From Pseudomonadota bacterium (GTDB lineage: Bacteria > Pseudomonadota > Alphaproteobacteria > Rickettsiales > SXRF01), in the NCBI GenBank assembly GCA_963205195.1, contig CAUJHR010000011.1, positions 84,164-148,163 of the forward strand: 64,000 bases of DNA, written 5' to 3'. Below, piece by piece: positions 56,557 to 64,000 of the stretch. Position numbers and translations under genes: made by a program. The notes below the pieces were generated by a model that was given only the letters and a program-made list of their open reading frames with translations, was not told where the DNA came from and did no database searches. Position 1 is the first letter of the stretch; each line of letters starts with the position of its first letter.

Positions 56557-57402
56557 TTACTTTAATTCTCTGGCCTTGTCATTATTAGTAAGGAAGCTTC
56601 CTCGCGTGTAATAACGCAAATTATCATCGAAGACTGTGCGTAAATCGCTGCTGCTAGTGGAGGTTGTAAGGCTGGTAAAGAAGCTTGCGCTATAAACCCC
56701 GGCTGCCGCAGCGCTTGTGCAATGACAATTTACAAGTTCATGGGCATTAGTAGAGCCAGAATTTTTAATGCTTCCAGAAAGTTGAAATGCGCCATGCCCA
56801 TTTTGGCCATGACTGAAAACAACAGCTATGGCATTGCTTACTATTGCGTTCCCACCATCATCAGAAACAGTTATTCCTCCAGTAGTGCTAATTAGATTGT
56901 AAGTTATAAATGAACTTGTAGCGGTGAATCTTTTATCAACCGCATAACTGAATTTTCCACCCCAGGGGTCTATGCCATATTCATCAGGAAGCCCAAGGGC
57001 ACGAATAGGAACTACCCCACCAGCAATATTGCCTAGATAAAAATTTACAGTAGGCGGAGTTGTATTGGCTGTACGGTTTCCATTCCCATCATAAGTTGCG
57101 CCATTACTGCAAGTTCCTCCGCCAGCGGTACCACCAGTTAAACCGAAATTAGCTGCTGATATAGTATATGTTCCGTCAGCAGGACAGGGAAGGTAATTAT
57201 TTTTCTTAACATAAGCAGCAATAGCTTTCTCAATGGCATCCATTTTCATTTTTAGTTCGGCTTGTTTAGCAATTCGTGTTTCCTGAGTAAAGGCCGACAT
57301 TATGCCGCCTATCATCAAACCGAAAATCAATAAAACAACGGAAATTTCGACAAGTGAAAATCCATATTTTCTATTTTGCTGTTTTATGATTTTTATAGCC
57401 AT
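56557..57402 (-). CDS. Prepilin-type N-terminal cleavage/methylation domain protein (pilin/pseudopilin-like)
   Basis: KYG/FSLVEISVVLLIFGLMIGG is a canonical G-F-x-L-x-E prepilin motif. It shares LPCPADGT, NFG, GVVP...LGL.DEY..D.(W/Y)G, NGHGAF and FDD motifs with the N-terminal third of the 827-aa protein at 22783-25266. Confidence 0.75.
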   Translation of the reverse strand: MAIKIIKQQNRKYGFSLVEISVVLLIFGLMIGGIMSAFTQETRIAKQAELKMKMDAIEKAIAAYVKKNNYLPCPADGTYTISAANFGLTGGTAGGGTCSNGATYDGNGNRTANTTPPTVNFYLGNIAGGVVPIRALGLPDEYGIDPWGGKFSYAVDKRFTATSSFITYNLISTTGGITVSDDGGNAIVSNAIAVVFSHGQNGHGAFQLSGSIKNSGSTNAHELVNCHCTSAAAAGVYSASFFTSLTTSTSSSDLRTVFDDNLRYYTRGSFLTNNDKARELK

Positions 57403-57521
57403 CGCAACATTATAACAATTCGTGATTAAGAAGTTGTTAATGGTATTATTTTCGGCTTATCCCTTGCCCTTTTAGAGTAAATATATTAGGTATATGCAAA
57501 ATGATTATTAGATAAGTAATT

Positions 57522-58778
57522 ATGGCCGCAAGCACTGCAACTCCTATAGTTAACAAGCTTTTTGCTACCCGGGAAGAATTTCAGGTGGCATTACAGAATA
57601 ATTATTTTTACCTTGAATTAATGCTTGTTATTATTGCTTTCCTGCTGGCACACCTGCTTGCATATGCTGTGCGTTATCGCACAAATATCTATCTGCAAGC
57701 AAATCCCCTCCAAAAGATCGACAAAGAATTCGTTACTAAACCGCTTAGGCTGCTTGGCCCTTTTTTATCACTTATCCTGCTTACATTGGTTAAGCCTCTG
57801 GCAATAGAATATAGCAGAAACAGCGAGCTTACAGATGCGGCTCTTGAAATGTGCACCTTTTATATTGTGGCGAAAGCAGTGCTTCTCATTGTGCGTTCGC
57901 GCTTTATCGCCTGGTTCATTGCATTGGTGATAATGGTCATAGCTGTGCTGAATGTCAGCGGGTTTATGAATATAACCGCAGCTTATTTAAAATCCATATC
58001 CTTTGAGTTGGGCAGCTATAAAATAACAATGCTTAACCTTATAAACGGGATCATAATCCTTGTAGTAGTATTATGGATAGCTGGATTGCTTTCTCGTACA
58101 CTGGAAAGTTATCTGCGGCGCAGCTCTGCTCTTAGTTACAATGCCCGTGAGCTTACAGTAAAATTCTTCAAGATATTTATTTATTTTATAGCCCTGCTAA
58201 TTGGCCTTTCTGTAATGGGTGTGGACCTGACCGCGTTTGCCGTATTCGGCGGTGCACTAGGTGTTGGTATCGGTTTGGGTTTACAAAAAGTTACGGCGAA
58301 TTTCGTAAGCGGCATAACTTTACTTTTAGAAAAATCCATCCGTATAGGCGACTTAATTGAAATAGCTGGAAGTACTGGGCATATAAGGGAAATGAATATC
58401 CGTTATGTATTGGTGGAAACTTCCGATGGCCGTGAGCTTCTTATACCTAACGAAGAATTGACTTCTTCACGAGTAACTAATTGGTCACATAGTAACGAGC
58501 AGGCGCGTGTAGAAATAAAATTAACCTTGGAATTTGATACTGACGCCAAGCTTGCGATCAATCACATGCTTGATGCTGTTAAGGCACATCCACGTTGTAT
58601 AAAAAACCCGGCTCCAACTTGCTGGTTACGCGAATTTAGCGAAATAGGAATGGTATTTATGCTTACCTTCTGGATAGCAGATGTTCATGAAGGGCGTAAT
58701 ACCCCGCAAAGTGACGTTATGCTTACTATTTTAGATATATTCCGTCGTGAAAATATTAAATTTGCAATCAAGAAATAA
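57522..58778 (+). CDS. Mechanosensitive ion channel (MscS family)
   Basis: Multiple TM helices followed by the MscS core [39 protein letters not shown] and a beta-domain. Confidence 0.9.
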   Translation: MAASTATPIVNKLFATREEFQVALQNNYFYLELMLVIIAFLLAHLLAYAVRYRTNIYLQANPLQKIDKEFVTKPLRLLGPFLSLILLTLVKPLAIEYSRNSELTDAALEMCTFYIVAKAVLLIVRSRFIAWFIALVIMVIAVLNVSGFMNITAAYLKSISFELGSYKITMLNLINGIIILVVVLWIAGLLSRTLESYLRRSSALSYNARELTVKFFKIFIYFIALLIGLSVMGVDLTAFAVFGGALGVGIGLGLQKVTANFVSGITLLLEKSIRIGDLIEIAGSTGHIREMNIRYVLVETSDGRELLIPNEELTSSRVTNWSHSNEQARVEIKLTLEFDTDAKLAINHMLDAVKAHPRCIKNPAPTCWLREFSEIGMVFMLTFWIADVHEGRNTPQSDVMLTILDIFRRENIKFAIKK

Positions 58779-58789
58779 AAGGCCAGATT

Positions 58790-60949
58790 ATGACTCAATT
58801 CCCCAAAAAAACAATTTCAGATTGGCAGAAACTGGCGCAAAAAGATCTTGGGGTCGATAAATCAGGAAATATCGTTCCTTTGGAGAAATTAACATGGGAT
58901 TCGCCTGAAGGTATCGATATAAAACCGCTTTATACAGAAGCTGATCTGGAGAATTTGGAGCATGTAGATACGCTGCCGGGTTTTGCCCCTTACCTGCGCG
59001 GGCCACGCGCTACCATGTATAGTGTGCGCCCTTGGACTGTCCGCCAGTATGCTGGTTTTTCCACGGCTGAAGAATCAAACGCTTTTTATCGCCGCAATCT
59101 GGCTGGCGGGCAGAAAGGCCTGTCGGTTGCTTTCGATCTGGCAACTCATAGGGGATATGATTCCGATCATCCGCGTGTGGTTGGCGATGTAGGCAAAGCA
59201 GGGGTTGCCATTGACTCGGTTGAGGATATGAAAATCCTCTTCGATTCTATACCGCTAGGTGAAATGAGCGTGTCAATGACCATGAACGGCGCGGTGCTTC
59301 CTATCCTTGCCAGCTATATAGTTGCGGGGCTTGAGCAGGGGGTTAATCTTTCTGAACTGCAAGGCACTATACAGAACGATATTTTAAAAGAATTCATGGT
59401 GCGTAATACTTATATTTATCCGCCTGAGCCATCAATGCGTATTGTTGCCGACATTATAGAATATACCGCAAAGAATATGCCAAAATTCAATTCTATTTCT
59501 ATCTCTGGCTACCATATGCACGAAGCCGGGGCAACCGCAGTTCAGGAGCTTGCTTATACAATTGCCGACGGTGAGGAATATGTAAAAGCTGCGCTTGGAA
59601 AAGGTTTGAATGTGGATGATTTTGCGCCGCGCCTTTCCTTCTTTTTTGCCATCGGCATGAATTTCTTTATGGAAATTGCCAAGCTCCGTGCAGCGCGTCT
59701 GCTGTGGGCAAAAACCATGGCCAAATATAATCCTAAGAACCCGGTATCATCGGCATTACGCACCCATTGCCAGACATCTGGTGTATCCCTTACCGAAAAA
59801 GACCCGTATAATAACGTGATACGCACAACAATAGAAGCAATGGCATCAGTGCTGGGCGGCACACAATCACTGCATACCAATGCGCTTGATGAAGCCATTG
59901 CCCTGCCTACCGATTTTTCGGCGCGCATTGCCCGCAATACCCAGCTTATCATACAGCATGAAACAGCGATAACCAAAGTAGTCGACCCGCTGGGCGGCAG
60001 TTATTACATAGAGTCACTTACAGCAAGCCTTGTTAAGCACGCAGAGGAATTGATCGCTGAAGCAAATGCGGCAGGTGGCATGACCAAAGCAATAGAAGCT
60101 GGGATACCAAAGCAGAAGATCGAGGAATCGGCAGCGCGTAAACAGGCGCGTATTGACCGGGTGGAAGAAGTCATAGTCGGCGTGAATAAATACCAGCTTA
60201 AAAAAGAAGATCCGATTGATATTTTAGATGTAGATAATGCCAAAGTGCGCGATTCACAGATTGAACGGCTCAAAAAAATCCGCGCAACCCGCGATAATTC
60301 ATTATGTGAAAAAACGCTGGAAGCGCTTACCAAAGCAGCGGAAACGAAAACTGGCAATTTGCTGGAATTGGCAGTGGAAGCAGCTAAGGCAAGGGCAACA
60401 GTTGGCGAAATTTCCTTGGCCTTGGAGAAGGTTTATGGACGTTATAACGCGAGTATTCGCACAATTTCAGGAGTGTATGGTGCCGTGTATGATGCAGATG
60501 ACAGCTTAAAACCAATCCGCGACATTGTTGGCGAATTTGCCAAGGGCGAGGGGCGCAGGCCGCGTATATTAGTTGCCAAAATGGGGCAGGACGGGCATGA
60601 TCGAGGGGCAAAAGTGATTGCCACTGCCTTTGCCGATATGGGTTTTGACGTGGATGTCGGCTCGCTGTTCGCAACCCCGGAAGAAGTGGCAAGGCAGGCG
60701 TTGGAGAATGACGTGCATATAGTAGGGGTATCTTCGCATGCTGCAGGGCATAAAACACTGGTTCCGCAGTTAATTGCGGCTTTAAAAGCAGCAGGCAGGC
60801 CTGATATTGTGGTGGTTTGCGGTGGGGTTATTCCAGCGCAGGACTACGAAGTCCTTGAAAAAGCAGGCGTTGCCGCCATATTCGGCCCCGGAACCAATAT
60901 CCCATTGGCGGCTGAAAAAGTTCTTGGATTGCTGAAAAAGGCTGCGTGA
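58790..60949 (+). CDS. Methylmalonyl-CoA mutase, single-chain large form (catalytic + B12-binding domains)
   Basis: [32 protein letters not shown], the TMNG substrate barrel, and C-terminal cobalamin binding with [22 protein letters not shown]. Confidence 0.95.
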   Translation: MTQFPKKTISDWQKLAQKDLGVDKSGNIVPLEKLTWDSPEGIDIKPLYTEADLENLEHVDTLPGFAPYLRGPRATMYSVRPWTVRQYAGFSTAEESNAFYRRNLAGGQKGLSVAFDLATHRGYDSDHPRVVGDVGKAGVAIDSVEDMKILFDSIPLGEMSVSMTMNGAVLPILASYIVAGLEQGVNLSELQGTIQNDILKEFMVRNTYIYPPEPSMRIVADIIEYTAKNMPKFNSISISGYHMHEAGATAVQELAYTIADGEEYVKAALGKGLNVDDFAPRLSFFFAIGMNFFMEIAKLRAARLLWAKTMAKYNPKNPVSSALRTHCQTSGVSLTEKDPYNNVIRTTIEAMASVLGGTQSLHTNALDEAIALPTDFSARIARNTQLIIQHETAITKVVDPLGGSYYIESLTASLVKHAEELIAEANAAGGMTKAIEAGIPKQKIEESAARKQARIDRVEEVIVGVNKYQLKKEDPIDILDVDNAKVRDSQIERLKKIRATRDNSLCEKTLEALTKAAETKTGNLLELAVEAAKARATVGEISLALEKVYGRYNASIRTISGVYGAVYDADDSLKPIRDIVGEFAKGEGRRPRILVAKMGQDGHDRGAKVIATAFADMGFDVDVGSLFATPEEVARQALENDVHIVGVSSHAAGHKTLVPQLIAALKAAGRPDIVVVCGGVIPAQDYEVLEKAGVAAIFGPGTNIPLAAEKVLGLLKKAA

Positions 60950-60999
60950 TATATTATCCTTGAAATATTAATAAAACCGTATATAGTACGACTATTAAA

Positions 61000-61024
61000 G
61001 GTGGGCCGGTTGCCCACCTTTTTT
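61000..61024 (+). terminator. Rho-independent terminator downstream of the mutase gene
   Basis: GGTGGGC-cggtt-GCCCACC followed by TTTTTT. Confidence 0.8.
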
Positions 61025-61069
61025 GTTACCTAAAATTAGAATATGGCTTAAATATTTTATATATAACAA

Positions 61070-61588
61070 TTGGTTAATGGTATAAGTTTGGATATTATTT
61101 CGCGCATTACAGAAATTATAGAGCCGTCGCTGGAAGCGATGGGCTATAATATTGTGCAGGTAAAATTATCCGATGGTGCTAAGCGTAAGACATTAAGTGT
61201 AATGGCTGAGCGCCTTGATGATGTTATGATGGGGTTTGATGATTGTACGGAGATCACCAATACGGTTTCTGCGCTGCTGGACGTGGATGAGCCTATTTCA
61301 GGGGCCTATAACCTAGAGGTTTGTTCGCCCGGAATAGACAGGCCGCTAACTAAACGTGATGATTACAAGCGCTTTACCGGACAGGAAATAAAAGCGGAAA
61401 CAATAATTCCGGTAGGTGGGCGCAAGCGTTTTCGCGGCGTCCTTAAAGGGATTGAAGGGGATAAAATATCGCTGGTTGTTGATGGGGTGGAAGTGGAACT
61501 GCCATTTACCCATATACGCACGGCAAAAATGGTTATGACCGAGGAATTGGTCGCAAAAGATCTAAAGAAACAAAAAACGAAAGGATAA
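61070..61588 (+). CDS. rimP: Ribosome maturation factor RimP
   Basis: ..IIEP.LEAMGY.IV.V.L.......L.V..ER.D...M..DDC...S..VS..LD..DPI...Y.LEVSSPGIDRPL. It lies immediately upstream of nusA. TTG start. Confidence 0.9.
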   Translation: MVNGISLDIISRITEIIEPSLEAMGYNIVQVKLSDGAKRKTLSVMAERLDDVMMGFDDCTEITNTVSALLDVDEPISGAYNLEVCSPGIDRPLTKRDDYKRFTGQEIKAETIIPVGGRKRFRGVLKGIEGDKISLVVDGVEVELPFTHIRTAKMVMTEELVAKDLKKQKTKG

Positions 61589-61592
61589 TACG

Positions 61593-63107
61593 ATGAGTGC
61601 CACCCAGCCGATTTACGGAAGCAGCGAATTATTGCAGATTGCTGATGCAGTTGCGCGTGAAAAAGGTTTGCCGAAAGAAGCGGTAATCGAAGCTATGGAG
61701 CAGGCCGTTCAGGTTGCTGGCCGCCGTAAATATGGGCATGAGCATAATATCCGCGCTGAGATTGATAAAAAGTCCGGCGAAATCAAGCTATACCGCGTAC
61801 GAACGGTAGTAGAAACTGTTGAAAATGAAACAACCGAGCTAACTTTGGCGCAGGCTAAAAAGATCAATAAAGAATTGGCAGTAGGCGATGAAATTAAAGA
61901 TATACTTCCGCCTATCGATTTTGGCCGCGTAGCCGCCCAGACCGCGAAGCAGGTTGTTTTGCAGAAAGTGCGCGATGCTGAACGAGACAAGCAGTTCAAT
62001 GAATTCAAGGATAAAATAGGCGAAATTATCAGCGGCGTTGTTAAACGTGTTGAATACGGCAATGTAGTGGTTGATTTTGGCCGCACTGAAGCAATGATCC
62101 GCCGTGATGACCTGATCCCAAGGGAACTATTCCGCACCGGTGACCGCATCCGCGCTTATATTGCTGACGTTCGTCGTGAAAAAACTGGTCCGCAGATCTT
62201 CCTTTCGCGTACTCACCCTGATTTCCTTGCCAGCCTTTTTGCACAGGAAGTGCCGGAAATTTATGATGGTATAATTTCAATTAAAGCAGTTGCACGTGAT
62301 CCTGGTTCGCGTGCTAAAATCGCGGTGATTTCGCGTGATGCCAGTGTTAACCCGGTTCTTTCATGCGTAGGTGTTCGTGGTTCACGCGTGCAGGCAGTAG
62401 TTGGCGAGTTGCAGGGCGAAAAGATTGATATTATCGAATGGTCGCCAGATCCTGCAACTTTTGTGGTGAATGCCCTTTCTTCTGCTGAAGTTACTAAAGT
62501 GGTGATCGATGAAAACAAATCACGCATAGAAGTAGTAGTGCCTGATGACCAGCTGTCGCTGGCTATTGGCCGCCGTGGGCAGAATGTTCGACTTGCTTCT
62601 CAGCTTGTTGGATGGAGCATTGATATTCTTACCGAAGCAGTAGAATCCGAGCGCCGCGCAGAAGAATTTAACAGCCTGTCGCAGCTTTTTGTAGAAGCTC
62701 TGGATGTTGAGGAAGTAATTGCTCATCTTCTTGTGACCGAGGGTTTCACTTCTATAGAAGAAGTGGCTTTTATACCGGTTGGTGATCTTGCGACAATCGA
62801 AGGTTTTGATGATAATGTTGCAGAAGAGCTTCATAACCGTGCCCAGAACTGGCTCAAGACCCAGCAGCATAACCGCGAGGTTAAACTTAAGGAAATGGGC
62901 ATTGAGGCTTCGCTGCTTGATTTTGTTAATAACCACCCGCTGCTTAAACCTGAATGGCTGGAATATTTTGGCTCTAACAAGGTTCTAACACTTGATGACC
63001 TGGCTGATTTATCAACCGCAGAATTGCAGGATGTATTGCCAAATGGTGCGTTAAGTGCAGAAGAAGCAGGTAGCTTAATTATGGCCGCCCGTGCTTCATG
63101 GGAATAA
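61593..63107 (+). CDS. nusA: Transcription termination/antitermination factor NusA
   Basis: ELLQIADAVAREKG.., an S1 domain (GEIISGVVKRVE.GNVVVD.GR.EA), KH domains (RDPGSRAKIAV.S.D...NPV..CVG.RGSRVQ; LSLAIGRRGQNVRLASQL.GW.IDI). Confidence 0.95.
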   Translation: MSATQPIYGSSELLQIADAVAREKGLPKEAVIEAMEQAVQVAGRRKYGHEHNIRAEIDKKSGEIKLYRVRTVVETVENETTELTLAQAKKINKELAVGDEIKDILPPIDFGRVAAQTAKQVVLQKVRDAERDKQFNEFKDKIGEIISGVVKRVEYGNVVVDFGRTEAMIRRDDLIPRELFRTGDRIRAYIADVRREKTGPQIFLSRTHPDFLASLFAQEVPEIYDGIISIKAVARDPGSRAKIAVISRDASVNPVLSCVGVRGSRVQAVVGELQGEKIDIIEWSPDPATFVVNALSSAEVTKVVIDENKSRIEVVVPDDQLSLAIGRRGQNVRLASQLVGWSIDILTEAVESERRAEEFNSLSQLFVEALDVEEVIAHLLVTEGFTSIEEVAFIPVGDLATIEGFDDNVAEELHNRAQNWLKTQQHNREVKLKEMGIEASLLDFVNNHPLLKPEWLEYFGSNKVLTLDDLADLSTAELQDVLPNGALSAEEAGSLIMAARASWE

Positions 63108-63244
63108 TAAAGTTGCCAGTTGCCGGTTACTAGTTGCTAGTAAATTAAAGATTTGAGTATTTTTAATTTTATTATCAGTCTAGTATCCTAGTAATTGGCA
63201 ATTAAATACTAACAACCAAGAACAAGTAACTAGCAACTAAACTT

Positions 63245-64000
63245 ATGAATGACAGTAACGACAACGCAAAAAAAGACACATTGAAAGTTGCAAACCCTGG
63301 CCGTTTGCAGCTCACCAAAACTGTTGAAAGCGGCAAGGTAAAACAGAATTTTACTCATGGCCGTTCCAAATCTGTTACGGTTGAGGTTCGAAAAACCCGT
63401 ACCTTTGCCCAAGGCGGTACTGGTGGCATGGTTGAGGTAAAACAAAATGCCGGTGGTGTTGCTTCTTCTTCACAGAATATATTTGCCGGGGCTGATGATG
63501 ATTCAATGCGGCATTTAACGCATGAAGAGCGTCAGAGCCGCCTGAAGGCACTTAAATTGGCAGAAGAGCAGATGAAGCTTGAGGCAGAGCTTGCAGCTAA
63601 ACGCCAGGAAGAAGAAAAACGCCAGCGTGCATTGAAAGGTGATGCACCGACTGTAGAGCCTAAAAAAGAAGCTAAGGTTGAAAAAATAATTCCTTCATCT
63701 TCAGGTATTGTAACGCCGATTAAGCAAGAACCAGTAATTAATGAAGCTAAAGTTCAAGCTGGTCAATCTTCATCACCTAAAGCCGGGAAAATATCTCATC
63801 ACGTAGCCCCTGTTGAAGAAGTTGAGCAAAAAGAAAAAGGCGGCAAGCTCAAATTACGAGGCGGTGAAGACCGCCGTTCATCTGGAAAGATCACAATAAA
63901 CCAGGCATTGTCCAGTATTGAAGACCAGCGCATGCGCTCTATGGCTTCAATTCGCCGTGCCCGTGAAAAGGCTATTAAAAAGGCAATGGGCGGCTCTACT
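63245..64000 (+). CDS. infB: Translation initiation factor IF-2, N-terminal part (continues beyond the window)
   Basis: Not in the track because there is no stop within the window. My translation from the ATG at 63245 is MNDSNDNAKKDTLKVANPGRLQLTKTVESGKVKQNFTHGRSKSVTVEVRKTRTF.. This is the conserved alphaproteobacterial IF-2 N-terminus, and it follows nusA. Confidence 0.9.
   Translation, partial: MNDSNDNAKKDTLKVANPGRLQLTKTVESGKVKQNFTHGRSKSVTVEVRKTRTFAQGGTGGMVEVKQNAGGVASSSQNIFAGADDDSMRHLTHEERQSRLKALKLAEEQMKLEAELAAKRQEEEKRQRALKGDAPTVEPKKEAKVEKIIPSSSGIVTPIKQEPVINEAKVQAGQSSSPKAGKISHHVAPVEEVEQKEKGGKLKLRGGEDRRSSGKITINQALSSIEDQRMRSMASIRRAREKAIKKAMGGST

Noticed and set aside
59554-60758. Multiple antisense or out-of-frame ORFs (60-140 aa) within the methylmalonyl-CoA mutase gene
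   Set aside because: The mutase frame is unambiguous. The extra ORFs are the usual stop-codon-poor shadow frames of a more G+C-rich gene.
51284-63107. Visibly higher G+C content of the RND pump, mutase and nusA block compared with the GTA inserts and pilin-like genes, considered as evidence of horizontal transfer
   Set aside because: In AT-rich genomes, strongly conserved core genes are typically G+C-richer than fast-evolving accessory genes. I cannot compute composition statistics here, and the richer genes are the housekeeping ones. The contrast more likely marks the orphan genes as fast-evolving.
63376-63392. GGTTCGAAAAACC, a tRNA T-arm-like string
   Set aside because: It lies inside the conserved N-terminal coding region of infB (..TVEVRKTRT..). 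There is no acceptor or anticodon arm context. I found no convincing tRNA in any intergenic region.
1-64000. Search for CRISPR arrays, long tandem repeats, IS elements, integrases and rRNA genes
   Set aside because: I saw no regularly spaced direct repeats and no transposase or integrase-like ORFs. No rRNA-like conserved strings were seen on either strand. The repeats present are protein-level (FG-GAP, TPR) or short heptamers in the nusA-infB spacer.

Overview
This is a 64-kb chromosomal segment from an AT-rich alphaproteobacterium. The hallmarks are an F0 operon in the order atpI-atpB-atpE-b'-b, RcGTA-type structural genes and a rimP-nusA-infB block. The gene content (Inc-like hydrophobic proteins, a lectin-like domain, integrin-like repeats) hints at a host-associated lifestyle, but the taxon cannot be fixed from the sequence alone.

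The housekeeping backbone contains:
- the ATP synthase F0 operon
- two DsbA-like oxidoreductases
- rnhB, an Slt-type lytic transglycosylase, a family-4 uracil-DNA glycosylase and ETF-ubiquinone oxidoreductase
- ispE, an M48/TPR protease and RNase E
- amiC-like amidase and PBP1A
- prfB (with its programmed +1 frameshift) and mnmA
- an RND efflux pair, MscS and methylmalonyl-CoA mutase
- rimP, nusA and the 5' part of infB

The accessory part spans about 22.8-57.4 kb and is the interesting region. It holds four things:
1. An intact-looking but fragmented RcGTA-like head-tail cluster (30.7-51.2 kb). I could not recognise terminase, tail-tube, chaperone or tape-measure genes. Four blocks of unrelated genes are inserted, including three large orphan proteins with glycine-rich bilobed hydrophobic segments that sit exactly in the tail-tube/tape-measure slot.
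2. Two paralogous prepilin-type proteins. One is an 827-aa fusion to a seven-repeat FG-GAP (integrin-alpha-like) region.
3. A compact operon encoding a soluble MCP-signalling-domain protein, a STAS protein and an RsbW/RsbT-like kinase, with no che genes nearby.
4. A membrane-anchored SUEL/rhamnose-binding-lectin-like protein.

I recognised no rRNA, tRNA, CRISPR array, transposase or integrase. Coordinates follow the supplied ORF track. Hand-refined starts and small motifs may be off by a few nucleotides.
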